Below are positions 8,952 through 18,951 of a DNA stretch of 64,000 nt, one piece after another. A model generated the notes under the pieces. The model made no database searches, was not told the origin of the DNA, and was given only the letters and a program-made list of their open reading frames with translations. The DNA is from Anaerolineales bacterium (GTDB lineage: Bacteria > Chloroflexota > Anaerolineae > Anaerolineales > E44-bin32): NCBI GenBank assembly GCA_049644665.1, contig JBARSI010000155.1, forward strand, positions 4,888 through 68,887. Reading direction: 5' to 3'. Made by a program: the position numbers and the translations under genes. Every line of letters starts with the position of its first letter. The first letter of the stretch is position 1.

Positions 8952-10109
8952 ATGCGTGATTTCGTCGCTCGCCGCATCGCCGGGGTTCCCCCTTCAGGAA
9001 TACGCCGTTTCTTCGACATTGCCGCCACGATGGATGACGTGGTTTCGTTGGGTATTGGCGAGCCTGACTTCGTCACGCCGGAACCCATTCTGAAAGCGGG
9101 GATTAAATCCCTGGAGCAGGGAAAGACACATTACACATCCAACTCGGGCATCCCTGAGCTGCGCCAGGCACTCGCAGAGCACTTAAACCAACTTTACGAT
9201 GTCATCTATGATCCGGAGGACGAGATCCTCGTCACTGTTGGTGTATCGGAAGCGCTTTACCTGGCGCTTGCCGCAGTGCTCGATCCGGGCGATGAAGTCA
9301 TCGTGCCCACACCATGTTTTGTTTCCTACCAGCCAGAGGTAATCTTCGCCGGCGGCACACCCGTTGTCCTGAAAACACATGTAGAGGATGACTTCCAGGT
9401 TTCGGCGTCTGATCTTAAAGCGCTCATAACCCCTAAAACCAAGGCTCTTCTTTTCGGTTATCCCAACAACCCAACCGGCGCAGTGATGAGCCGCGAACGC
9501 CTTCAGGCACTCGCCGAGGTCGCCAAGGAGCATGACCTGCTGGTAATCTCCGATGAGATTTACGATCGCCTCGTGTATGACCACGAACACGTCTGCATCG
9601 CTTCTTTGGATGGGATGCACGATCGGACGATCACACTCGGCGGCTTCTCAAAAGATTACGCCATGACTGGCTGGCGGATAGGTTACGCCGCCGCCCCATC
9701 TCCCATCCTCGGCGCAATGCGCAAGATACACCAATACACCATCATGTCCGCGCCGACAGTATCGCAAGTCGCGGCGCTCGAAGCGCTGCGGATTGGAAAT
9801 GAACACGTCGAGATGATGGTTGCTGAGTACAACCGCCGGCGGCGGCTTATCGTCGACGGTTTTAACGAATTGGGACTCAAGACCTTCGAGCCTCGCGGCG
9901 CTTTCTATGCTTTCCCTTCAGTGGAGGCCAGCGGAATGGAGGATGAGGCTTTCGCCGAGAGGCTGCTCGATGAGGAACGCGTCGCCGTCATCCCTGGCAA
10001 CGCCTTTGGCGCCGATGGGAATTTCGTCCGCTGTTCGTATGCGACTTCATACGAGAAGATTGAGGAGGCGCTGGAGCGAATGCGCCGCTTCATGCAGCGG
10101 CACGGCTGA
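8952..10109 (+). CDS. Class I/II PLP-dependent aminotransferase (aspartate aminotransferase-like)
   Basis: Contains SKDYAMTGWRIGY (PLP-Lys motif) and NPTG. A good SD (agaggag) precedes the ATG. Confidence 0.85.
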   Translation: MRDFVARRIAGVPPSGIRRFFDIAATMDDVVSLGIGEPDFVTPEPILKAGIKSLEQGKTHYTSNSGIPELRQALAEHLNQLYDVIYDPEDEILVTVGVSEALYLALAAVLDPGDEVIVPTPCFVSYQPEVIFAGGTPVVLKTHVEDDFQVSASDLKALITPKTKALLFGYPNNPTGAVMSRERLQALAEVAKEHDLLVISDEIYDRLVYDHEHVCIASLDGMHDRTITLGGFSKDYAMTGWRIGYAAAPSPILGAMRKIHQYTIMSAPTVSQVAALEALRIGNEHVEMMVAEYNRRRRLIVDGFNELGLKTFEPRGAFYAFPSVEASGMEDEAFAERLLDEERVAVIPGNAFGADGNFVRCSYATSYEKIEEALERMRRFMQRHG

Positions 10110-10183
10110 TGTCGGTCGAAGACGGAGTGAAGATATCCATCGTCATTTTATAAACTCGCCTACCGCTGGTATCCTTGTATCCA

Positions 10184-11635
10184 ATGACAAACTCAGCCTT
10201 CGAACCCGTTATCGGCTTAGAGGTGCACGCCGAACTGCTCACGCAGTCGAAGATGTTCTGCGGCTGCGCCGTTGTTGATTCAACAATCGCTGAACCGAAC
10301 ACTTCCGTCTGTGAGATATGCACCGGTATGCCCGGTACGCTTCCGGTTATTAATGAGCGGGCCATCGAGTTCGCCTTGCGAGTTGCCCTGGCTCTGCATT
10401 GTACTATCTCCGAAACGAGCGTGTTTGCACGTAAGAATTACTTTTATCCCGACCTCCCCAAGGGTTACCAGATCTCACAATTCGAACTCCCATTAGCACA
10501 TGATGGCTGGCTCGCCATAGAGACCGAAGCCGGGGAGAAGCGTATCCGCATCCGCCGCGTCCACCTTGAAGAGGATACCGGGAAGCTCTTCCATCGCCAA
10601 GGATATTCGCTCGTCGATTTCAACCGCTCCGGTGTTCCGCTGCTGGAGATCGTCAGCGAACCTGATCTCAGTTCCATAGAAGAGGCAAAGATCTATACAA
10701 CCTCTCTTCGGTCCGTGCTCCGCTATTTGGAGGTGACCAGTGGAGATATGGAGAAGGGTGTCATCCGCTTTGAGGCGAACATCTCCGTCCGCCAAGCGGG
10801 TTCAACCGAGCTGGGCATTCGCACGGAAATCAAGAATCTAAACTCCTTCCGGGCGATGACCCACGCTCTCGCTTATGAGGTCGAGCGCCAGAGTAATATT
10901 CTAAAAGAGGGCGGTGAGATCTCTCAGGAGACTCTCGGCTGGGACGAGGCCAGTTCAAGCACAGTCTCTCAGCGCAGCAAAGAAGAGGCGCATGACTACC
11001 GGTACTTCCCCGAACCCGATTTGCCTCCGCTTCACGTCGAACCGGCTTGGGTTGCGCAGATTCAATCCGAATTGCCAGAACTCCCGCTGGGAAAAAGGCG
11101 GAGGTTCGTGGCGGAATATGGGCTCACAGCCTATGCAGCCGGCGTCCTTACTACCGAGCGTTCGATCGGCGATTATTTTGAGGCCGCTGTAAAATCTGCC
11201 CCCAAGGTGCCTCCGGTAAAAATCGCCAATTGGCTCTCCGGCGACCTCTTCGGTCTGTTGAATCAAGCTGGCATCGAGTTCCAGGACAATGCCATCCCAC
11301 CCGTAGATCTCGCTCGCCTGGTTGAGATGGTCGAATCCGGCGAGGTCAACGCCACGAGCTCTAAAACTGCACTGGCGGAGATGGTCTCATCAGGGAAGCC
11401 CCCTGATGACATCGTCCGCTCTCTTGATCTGAGCATGATCCATGATCCCAAGGTGATTGAGGGAATTGTTCGCCGTGTTCTCGACGAGAATCCTATTCAG
11501 GTAGCGGATTACCTGGGCGGCAATACGGGAGTTCTCCAGTGGCTCTTCGGTCAAATTATGAAGGATGCTGATGGCCGCGCCAATCCAGCAGCCGTGCGCA
11601 CCGCCTTGAGCTCCGCCTTGCATACACTGGAGTAG
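10184..11635 (+). CDS. gatB: Asp/Glu-tRNA amidotransferase subunit B
   Basis: Contains [26 protein letters not shown] and a C-terminal YqeY-like tail. The start may be TTG 10175 or ATG 10184. Confidence 0.9.
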   Translation: MTNSAFEPVIGLEVHAELLTQSKMFCGCAVVDSTIAEPNTSVCEICTGMPGTLPVINERAIEFALRVALALHCTISETSVFARKNYFYPDLPKGYQISQFELPLAHDGWLAIETEAGEKRIRIRRVHLEEDTGKLFHRQGYSLVDFNRSGVPLLEIVSEPDLSSIEEAKIYTTSLRSVLRYLEVTSGDMEKGVIRFEANISVRQAGSTELGIRTEIKNLNSFRAMTHALAYEVERQSNILKEGGEISQETLGWDEASSSTVSQRSKEEAHDYRYFPEPDLPPLHVEPAWVAQIQSELPELPLGKRRRFVAEYGLTAYAAGVLTTERSIGDYFEAAVKSAPKVPPVKIANWLSGDLFGLLNQAGIEFQDNAIPPVDLARLVEMVESGEVNATSSKTALAEMVSSGKPPDDIVRSLDLSMIHDPKVIEGIVRRVLDENPIQVADYLGGNTGVLQWLFGQIMKDADGRANPAAVRTALSSALHTLE

Positions 11636-11776
11636 AGTATCCAGCGCGGAGGGTGAGAATTGTCACTTGACCCGTGTGTGTAGTGGCTATAGGGTTCATC
11701 TGAGAATACGTCGATGATTCGAGCCCTCGAAATACAACGACTGGCAATTTTAATTTGTTGGAGTTAATTTGATCGA

Positions 11777-11811
11777 GCGGGTACCTGATGCAGGTGCCCG
11801 CATATCATTTT
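11777..11811 (+). terminator. Candidate intrinsic terminator downstream of gatB
   Basis: Hairpin gcgggtacct-gatgc-aggtgcccgc (one G.U pair), followed by atatcatttt. Confidence 0.4.
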
Positions 11812-11975
11812 AGGAGAATGATCTATACGTCTGGCAGAAATTTCTATGTGAAGATTTTGAATAACTCTGCCTACCAGGAAGAAGGTTTGTCCGCGTGCGG
11901 CACTGCACTCCAGGCGCATGCCGCTATTATGGTCCTTTTGTTGCGGGCCAAGAAATCACAAATAAAGGTGATATC

Positions 11976-13250
11976 GTGAACGCATTTGAAATGGCACAAT
12001 CCGAATTCGATAAGGTCGCCGAAGATATCAATTTAGATAAAAGTATCGCTTCCATGTTGCGTTGGCCTCTTCGGGAGTTCAGCTTCCAGATTCCAGTTCG
12101 CATGGACGACGGTAGCATTCAGGTTTTCTTCGGTAACCGCGTGCAGCACAATGACTCCCGCGGTCCTTGCAAGGGGGGTATACGTTTCCACCCAAAGGAA
12201 AATCTTGATGTCACCCGCGCGTTGGCAATGTGGATGACATGGAAATGTGCCATCGTTGACATACCCCTCGGAGGAGGAAAGGGCGGAATAGCTGTGGATC
12301 CTTCCGTTCTCTCCACCGGCGAGAAGGAACGCCTATGTCGTGGATGGATCAACCAGATATGGAAGAACATCGGCCCTCGGAATGATGTACCTGCTCCGGA
12401 TGTGGGCACTACTCCTCAGATGATGGGCTGGATGATGGATGAGTACTCAAAGCTGACCGGCTCGTACAATCCAGGTGTCATAACTGGAAAACCTGTTGGT
12501 GCAGGAGGCTCTGCTGGACGCACTGAAGCGACGGGTTTTGGTGTCGTATATACGATTCGCGAATCCATGAAGCATCTGAATATGGACCCCAGCCAATCAA
12601 CCGCTTCTATCCAAGGATTCGGTAACGTGTCACAGTATGCAGCTATTGGCTTCGTGGATATTCTTGGAGGAAAGGTTGTCGCAGTCTCCTGCTGGGATCA
12701 CAAGGCCAAGGATGCCTTCACATATAGCAAAGCCGACGGAGTTGACCCTCATTTTCTCCAGGGCATCACTGATATCTACGGCACCATCGATCGTGAGAAA
12801 GCAGAGGAAGCAGGCTATCAGGTCGAACATGGAGACGCATGGTTGAGCAAGGACGTTGATGTGCTCATCCCTGCTGCTTTGGAAGCTCAAATCAATAAAG
12901 ATACTGCTGGACAGGTGAGCAAGAAGGTACTCATAATAGCGGAGGGTGCAAACGGCCCCACTACACCAGAAGCGGAGTCCATCTTGCTCAAGAAGGATGT
13001 CTTTTTCATCCCTGACTGCCTATGCAACGCCGGTGGAGTAACGGTCTCCTACTTCGAAGGGGTGCAGAACGACATGAACTGCTATTGGAAACGGGAGGAA
13101 GTCATCGACCGACTCGATGAGACGTTGACGAATGCTTTCAACTCGGTCCTGCAAAAATCTTTGGAGAGGGGAGTATCAACTCGTGACGCTTCCTATATCG
13201 TTGCTATCGATCGTGTGGTAAATGCTATGCAATTCCGCGGCTGGGTTTGA
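11976..13250 (+). CDS. gdh: NAD(P)-dependent glutamate dehydrogenase
   Basis: Glu/Leu/Phe/Val dehydrogenase motifs are present (KGGIRFHP, GGGKGG). GTG 11976 lies 5 nt after AAAGGTG. The N-terminus NAFEMAQSEFD aligns with typical GDH starts. Confidence 0.9.
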   Translation: MNAFEMAQSEFDKVAEDINLDKSIASMLRWPLREFSFQIPVRMDDGSIQVFFGNRVQHNDSRGPCKGGIRFHPKENLDVTRALAMWMTWKCAIVDIPLGGGKGGIAVDPSVLSTGEKERLCRGWINQIWKNIGPRNDVPAPDVGTTPQMMGWMMDEYSKLTGSYNPGVITGKPVGAGGSAGRTEATGFGVVYTIRESMKHLNMDPSQSTASIQGFGNVSQYAAIGFVDILGGKVVAVSCWDHKAKDAFTYSKADGVDPHFLQGITDIYGTIDREKAEEAGYQVEHGDAWLSKDVDVLIPAALEAQINKDTAGQVSKKVLIIAEGANGPTTPEAESILLKKDVFFIPDCLCNAGGVTVSYFEGVQNDMNCYWKREEVIDRLDETLTNAFNSVLQKSLERGVSTRDASYIVAIDRVVNAMQFRGWV

Positions 13251-13270
13251 TTAGTTAAATTTTAAGACGA

Positions 13271-13315
13271 AAAGAGATCCGATGTGAGATATTTTCATCG
13301 GATCTCTTTCATTTA
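13271..13315 (+). terminator. Intrinsic terminator of gdh
   Basis: Perfect 14-bp stem aaagagatccgatg / catcggatctcttt with an 11-nt loop, followed by a T-containing tail. Confidence 0.65.
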
Positions 13316-13777
13316 AGAAAAATCGTTTTTCCAAGAATTGATTACCGATTCGATTTAATCTCAATTTCCCCCAATATAATCATCACTTTTTATATGATTA
13401 ATTAAGAATAGTAGCCGTAGTAGAGGTTGTGAGTATGTTGAGAAAGAAGCAAAAGGCGTTAATTTCACCCATATAGGGGGGTGTACTTAAATAGAGACAG
13501 CATATGTAGGGGCAAAGTGAAGGTTCTGTATCTACAGTGAGCTTGTGGAGAAAAAGTGGAGTAGAGAAGATGAGGTGGGGGATGGCTAGCGGTTGTACTT
13601 TTGGTCCAAACAGCATGGGAAAAAGAGCGCTTTTAGGGAAAGTTATTCAGGCTTTCTCCCCCACCCTGGGCAGATATCCACAGCTTTAATCGAGTTATCC
13701 ACAGGGAATAATGGTCAAGGTCATGGGAGACAACCAGCTTTCTTTCTTCTATTTATATCCCCATGTTCATCCACTAA

Positions 13778-14719
13778 TCAATTGCTGTCATATCCCTCCA
13801 CCCGATTTTTTCTCCGCCTGATCTCGCTTGCATAGGTTCTGCCAAGTGATGGAGAGTGCTCTCTCGCCCAATGGGTAAGTTTTGTCTCTCCTGTTGGAGG
13901 GGAATCCACGTACAGCAGATCAGCCATAAGCCCATCAATTTCATCGCGAGTGATCAAGACATCGCCTACCAATTTCCCGATAAGATTTCCGGCAAGGTAG
14001 CCAATGCTCGGGTGAATAGAGATGATGGGCTTACTAACCCCAATAATCTCTCCAATGGTCTCAACAAGAGATTTGTAGGTGAAGGTTTCGGGTCCAATGG
14101 CATTAACGACAGCATTATCGTTGTGTTCTCCTGCTTCAACAGCCATCCCCGCAAGATCGTCTACGAAAATCGGTTGGAGACGATACTCGCCGTCACCAAA
14201 CATGCCAAACAAGGGCAGCTTTCGCAGCAGCCAGGCTATATTGTTGATGAGAATGTCCTCTTTGCCGAAAAGGACTGTTGGGCGAAGTATTGAATAGGAG
14301 AGCCCCGAGTCTATAAGAGCCTTCTCGAGTCTTGCTTTCCCACTGAAGTACTCCAGATGCGATTTCTCGGATGGGTTGGTTATGCTGATGTGGACAACCC
14401 GCTTGACCCCAGCCTCCCTGGCGGCATCAAACAGAATCATGGTGTTCTTGACGGCATCTTCGTGGCGGAACATCTTGTGATTGAAGCGAACCCAGTAGGT
14501 GTTGTAAAGAACAGATACCCCCTTCAACGTTTCAATCAGTTTCGAGGGGTCGGTAAAATTGAAAGGGAAGGCACGTATCTTCTTTCCGAAAGGGTTTGAG
14601 CGGTGAGGAGAGTTGGTCAGCGTGATTACGCAATAGTCCTTTTCCAATAATCTCCGTGCAATGTATTTTCCTGAGTATCCATACGCCCCGGTAACTGCAT
14701 GGGTTTGTGAATCGCTCAT
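13778..14719 (-). CDS. NAD(P)H-binding atypical SDR (NmrA/NDUFA9-like)
   Basis: N-terminal AVTGAYGYSGKYIARRL Rossmann motif. 313 aa. Confidence 0.7.
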   Translation of the reverse strand: MSDSQTHAVTGAYGYSGKYIARRLLEKDYCVITLTNSPHRSNPFGKKIRAFPFNFTDPSKLIETLKGVSVLYNTYWVRFNHKMFRHEDAVKNTMILFDAAREAGVKRVVHISITNPSEKSHLEYFSGKARLEKALIDSGLSYSILRPTVLFGKEDILINNIAWLLRKLPLFGMFGDGEYRLQPIFVDDLAGMAVEAGEHNDNAVVNAIGPETFTYKSLVETIGEIIGVSKPIISIHPSIGYLAGNLIGKLVGDVLITRDEIDGLMADLLYVDSPPTGETKLTHWAREHSPSLGRTYASEIRRRKNRVEGYDSN

Positions 14720-14828
14720 GTTTGCTCCGTGTAATTAGTGCATAGGCCGGTCAGTTGTGACGGGATGTCTGTTGGAGTCATAGTGTAGCACCTGGTTCGT
14801 TGGATAGAAGGCTGGTTCTTCCTGGAGC

Positions 14829-15022
14829 GAGATTCTTCGTCGCTTCGCTCCTCAGAATGACGGAGTCGGAAGAGGCAGTCATACTGAGAGAAGCGAAGCA
14901 TCTAGTTTTTTGTACAGGAGGCTGGCCGTTCAAGTAACGAAATTCTTCGTCGCGGTGTTTATCCTGCGCAGTCCCCGACCGAAGGGAGCGGGGAGCGAAG
15001 CCGAAGGGATATTCAGAATGAC
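14829..15022. repeat. Cluster of short palindromic intergenic repeats (gagattcttcgtcgcttcgctcctcagaatgac type)
   Basis: The left arm 14829-14861 pairs imperfectly with gtcatactgagagaagcgaagca at 14878-14900. A second degenerate unit runs 14938-15022. A related copy lies at 29603-29626. Confidence 0.6.
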
Positions 15023-15090
15023 AGATGCTCATCTTGATCAAGTTGACTTGCTGCTTAAAGATAAGGGCAGAAACGCCGGTATCCAGTCAG

Positions 15091-15792
15091 TCAAGCCTTG
15101 TATTTTTCGTCAAGCAGAAGAGCGGCGAGGTCCAGGGTTCGTTCTAGAATGACATCCGCTCCGGCTTCTGCGAGTTCCCGCCGATCGCCAAAACCACTGA
15201 GAACGCCAACCGTCTGCGCACCAGCGGCACGCCCGGCGCGGATGTCGACGGTTGTATCGCCAACCATGAGCAGGGATTGTGGAGGAACCCCAAGCTGCTC
15301 CGCAGTCCAAACAATAGGCTGTGGGTGTGGTTTCGCACGGCGCGTTGTTTGGGCGGTAGCCACGCTCTGGAAGTGGTGAGCGAGGGACTCTGCTTCCAGG
15401 ATGGCTGCTGCGCTCAAGCGGTCACGAGATGTAGCGACGGCGAGAGGAAAGTGTGGGCCAAGGTGCTCCAGCGTTGCCCGAGCTCCAGGGATCAGGGTTA
15501 TGTCCCCAACCGAGGCGAGCCCGCGCGAGTGGTGGAGCTTGTCAAGCAGCGGTCCTAAAAACTCATCCAAATTTAATCGATCAAACAAGCCGAGCGCTGC
15601 ATTGACCGGAGTCTCAACGGCCATGACAACGCGACGGGCAAGAGGGGCTGGATTATTGTCGGGCAGGATACGGGAAATGGGGTGCAGCCACCGGGCTGCT
15701 CGCGCGACGTACTTATCGTCTGTGTCAACGAGTGTGCCGTCGAGATCAAAACAGATCGCCTGGATACGAGAGATGTCCAGGTTTGCCGTCAC
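15091..15792 (-). CDS. HAD-superfamily hydrolase (phosphoglycolate phosphatase-like)
   Basis: Motif I is present in ICFDLDGTLVDTD, and MVGDTTVDIRAG is present. 4-nt overlap with the upstream gene. Confidence 0.8.
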   Translation of the reverse strand: MTANLDISRIQAICFDLDGTLVDTDDKYVARAARWLHPISRILPDNNPAPLARRVVMAVETPVNAALGLFDRLNLDEFLGPLLDKLHHSRGLASVGDITLIPGARATLEHLGPHFPLAVATSRDRLSAAAILEAESLAHHFQSVATAQTTRRAKPHPQPIVWTAEQLGVPPQSLLMVGDTTVDIRAGRAAGAQTVGVLSGFGDRRELAEAGADVILERTLDLAALLLDEKYKA

Positions 15793-17174
15793 GAGCTCGC
15801 CTGCACCGGAAGCGGGATAGCCTTCTGCAGGGCGTCTAACGTCCCCTCATCAGGAGCCAGGATCCAGAGCGTCTGGTTGGAGACACGCTCGAAGTATGAG
15901 AAGCCTTTTTCATAGATCCACTGTGCTGAAGTAGTGGAAGAAACCTTGGGATCTCCGAAGCGGACCAGCCCGTAATCTTGAAAAGCAGCGGAGAACTCAT
16001 GCGCATCTCGCATCGTATCCCACTGGGTAATTAATGCTAAGGCCTCAGCGCCGGCATCTTCTTGATAGAAAAACAAGAGCAGGTCACCGCCCCATCCCTC
16101 GGTTGCCAATGAGGCCTGGTCGAGCGGCAAATATTCGTTGAGGAGCATGAGCGAGGCCCACTCGCCGAGCACGTCGTGTACGGGCTTTTGCCACTCGGAG
16201 TTGAGCGCCTCTGCTGTGCTCGGTGAAACGAGAGCTACCGGAGAATCCTTTGGATAACGCTCTGGATGGAGGATCTGCTCGCTTGAAAGAGGAGGATTTT
16301 GATACGCAGCATCAACAGCAGCCCATCCCCCTTCGAGATAAAGAGAGCGGACAAAATGAATACCCCAGAAATAAGGGAAGGTGAGCTCAGATTGTATATA
16401 GGCCGGGGCACTTTTAAACACCGGCATCTCATATTCCGCGAAGAATTCGAGTAGATCCGAGCGATCTTCGTCTCCCGCAAATGTCCGCAACCATTGCTCC
16501 TGGAGCAATGTAGCATCGCCTTCTAACAAGGCCTGGAGGGCAAAACAGCGCTCGCCATCGGCGGCACAGGCGTCGTTGTTGTATTGAAGTCCGTCCCAGA
16601 TATCATAATTTTGGTCTTGAAGAACGTGTGTGTATTCATGTGCGTAAGTGAGACGTTCAACGCCCCCAAATTCAGAGCCACAGATCACGGTCATGTCTTC
16701 ATTTTCGGTGTCGTAGAAGCCGGCAATCTGCTCGTTGAGCAGGTCAGCGTATAGCTGCCACAGATCGATCCCCGGTTCAAGTAAACCAAAAAGAGAGAGC
16801 AGGCGAACATCTTGAATGGCTTCTTCTTGAGTGTAATCACCGAGGAAGTCCTGAATCACACGCTCGCGGAGCTGGTCCGCTGTGAGCAAGCTGCAGTTGA
16901 CGGATTTGTACGGGAGGAGGCCGCGCAGCTGGGTCACCTGGGATTCGATTTCTGTCATCTGGCTGAGAATCTCCGCGTCGAAGGGAGGGCAGGCTGAAGG
17001 GGTTGTCTCCTCTGGTGTCGGGATTGGCGTAGGAGAGGCGATTGTCGCAGTAGGCGTGGGCAACGCAATCGTGGGAGAAGCCGGAATATCTGTTGTGCGC
17101 GCTCTGCTCTGGCAGCTATTCAGCAGCAATGCAGCGGCAAAAAAGATCCAAAGCAGATGATGTTTGTTTCTCAT
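15789..17174 (-). CDS. Secreted lipoprotein, putative HExxH zinc metallopeptidase
   Basis: Signal peptide with lipobox (AALLLNSC), a Pro/Thr linker, and YAHEYTHVLQD (HExxH). Confidence 0.6.
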   Translation of the reverse strand: MRNKHHLLWIFFAAALLLNSCQSRARTTDIPASPTIALPTPTATIASPTPIPTPEETTPSACPPFDAEILSQMTEIESQVTQLRGLLPYKSVNCSLLTADQLRERVIQDFLGDYTQEEAIQDVRLLSLFGLLEPGIDLWQLYADLLNEQIAGFYDTENEDMTVICGSEFGGVERLTYAHEYTHVLQDQNYDIWDGLQYNNDACAADGERCFALQALLEGDATLLQEQWLRTFAGDEDRSDLLEFFAEYEMPVFKSAPAYIQSELTFPYFWGIHFVRSLYLEGGWAAVDAAYQNPPLSSEQILHPERYPKDSPVALVSPSTAEALNSEWQKPVHDVLGEWASLMLLNEYLPLDQASLATEGWGGDLLLFFYQEDAGAEALALITQWDTMRDAHEFSAAFQDYGLVRFGDPKVSSTTSAQWIYEKGFSYFERVSNQTLWILAPDEGTLDALQKAIPLPVQASS

Positions 17175-17290
17175 AAAATTCCCCTATCGGTCGAGATTGT
17201 ATCACCGCTCATGTGGACATCCCAGAAATGCAATTGTCCAAGAGAACGAGTGGATAGATTCTACACATCTCTAAAAGATGCGAAATGGTT

Positions 17291-18901
17291 CTATTGCGCC
17301 GTGAAAGCGATTTTTGGGGAGGGTGGTGGTCTATAACTGTCGTTCCAGAGCCTTGCATAAGCATCTTGTTCGAAGATCCAACGGGCATCGTCCCACCCCA
17401 GTTCAGGCTGCACAACGGCGCGCACGTGATCTATCAGCGGCCAGCCGCCTTGAGGAAGAGTCAATCCCAGGCGAACCCGCCGCATAAGCAGGTCTTCGAG
17501 GTGGACGATTCCCTCGGCGCGTGCGGCCCAACGCAGCTCAGCCCAGAGATAGGGTGATTCGCCGATAGTCTCGAGTTCATTATCTTCCGCACAGGCTATG
17601 ATCGCCGGAGCATCATCACCATATCTGCCGAGCAGCCGCAGGCATACAGCGGGGTCAAAATCGCAGGCCAGAGCGTATTCGCCCGGAGGGTGATTGAACA
17701 CTCGTTGCATGCGATCAGGCAGAGGTTCCCCGGCGAAATATCTGCGAAGGGAGCGCAGAGCGTCGAGTGCCATGATCCGGAAAGTCGTCAATTTACCACC
17801 CGTAACTGTCACCAAACCTCGATCATCCCAGATAACGTGCTCGCGTGATTCGCGAGATGGGTCAACTTTCCCTGTGTCTACAACAGCACGCACGCCAGCG
17901 AAGGTGGACAGAATATCATCAGGGCTGAGCTCAACATCGAAAACTCGACGGAGACCCTCCATGAGGTAGTCAATCTCCTCGATGGCCATTTCGGGCTCCA
18001 TATCAAGGGGGTGGCGGTGTTCGGTATCCGTTGTTCCGTAGAGCGTGACACCCTCCCAGGGTAAGGCAAACACGGGACGACCGTCGCTTGGATGGAGAAA
18101 ACTTACTGCGCGAGTGAGAGGAAGAGCTTGTTGAGGGAATATCAGATGGCTGCCGCGTAATTTTCGCAGGCGAGGTCTCTTATCAATCATGGAACGAACT
18201 GTGTCGGCCCAAGCGCCTGTGGCGTTAATGACTACCCTGGCCTGGATCTCCGCTGTGCGCTCGCGGCGAGAAGTCGAAACGTCGCGCAGTGCAATTCCAC
18301 ATACCGATCCATCGTGCCTGCGCAGCACACTCTCAACCTGAGCATAATTTAGCGCAGCTGCTCCAGCAGCGACGGCTTCGCGAATAACGCGCAATACCAA
18401 TCGCGCATCGTCTGTCTGTGCGTCAAAGTAGCGGTAACCGCCTTGCAGTCCAGCTGAGGCAAGCTGCGGGCAGAGCGACTGAAGACCCTCCGGACCGTAA
18501 TGGCGGTGTCCCCATTGGAGACCCATGAGATCATAGAAAATCAATCCGGCGCCGAATACCCAGCCCGGGATGCGGTCATTAGCGTGATTGACAAGCAGGA
18601 AACCTAGGGGATTGACCAGGCCCCTCCCTTGTTTGAGGAGCGCTTCCCTCTCCCGCACGGAATGGTAGGTCAGGCGAAACTTGGCCTCGCGCAGGTAGCG
18701 GAAACCACCGTGCACCAGCTTAGATGAGCGACTGGATGTGCCGGAGGAGAAATCTTTCCCCTCAACGAGGAGAACTCGCAATCCCATTCGGGTCGCCTCG
18801 CGCAGTATCCCTGCCCCGGTGATTCCTCCGCCTATTACAATGAGATCCCACGGTCCCTCGATGCGAGACCAAGCCTCATCGCGCCATCCTCGCTCCCACA
18901 T
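17291..18901 (-). CDS. glpD: FAD-dependent glycerol-3-phosphate dehydrogenase
   Basis: DLIVIGGGITGAGILREA dinucleotide motif. GlpD-length protein with the C-terminal GlpD domain. Confidence 0.85.
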   Translation of the reverse strand: MWERGWRDEAWSRIEGPWDLIVIGGGITGAGILREATRMGLRVLLVEGKDFSSGTSSRSSKLVHGGFRYLREAKFRLTYHSVREREALLKQGRGLVNPLGFLLVNHANDRIPGWVFGAGLIFYDLMGLQWGHRHYGPEGLQSLCPQLASAGLQGGYRYFDAQTDDARLVLRVIREAVAAGAAALNYAQVESVLRRHDGSVCGIALRDVSTSRRERTAEIQARVVINATGAWADTVRSMIDKRPRLRKLRGSHLIFPQQALPLTRAVSFLHPSDGRPVFALPWEGVTLYGTTDTEHRHPLDMEPEMAIEEIDYLMEGLRRVFDVELSPDDILSTFAGVRAVVDTGKVDPSRESREHVIWDDRGLVTVTGGKLTTFRIMALDALRSLRRYFAGEPLPDRMQRVFNHPPGEYALACDFDPAVCLRLLGRYGDDAPAIIACAEDNELETIGESPYLWAELRWAARAEGIVHLEDLLMRRVRLGLTLPQGGWPLIDHVRAVVQPELGWDDARWIFEQDAYARLWNDSYRPPPSPKIAFTAQ

Positions 18902-18951
18902 GTGTTTTTAGTTTTCCTTTCTCTGTTGGGGGTGCCAGGGGAGGCGAGCGC

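Noticed and set aside
13251-13777. Chromosomal origin (oriC) or terminus/dif site
   Set aside because: The DnaA-box cluster is small and has no dnaA or dnaN nearby. The flanking genes converge rather than diverge. No sequence resembles the XerC/D dif consensus. Gene orientation flips repeatedly elsewhere in the window, so the strand switch is not informative. The motif cluster is kept as a low-confidence finding only.
13398-13835. Track ORFs 13398..13616(-) and 13593..13835(+) inside the A+T-rich spacer
   Set aside because: They have no SD, odd composition (Cys/Leu/Phe-rich or Ser/Leu-rich) and no similarity to anything I recognise. I treated the region as non-coding.
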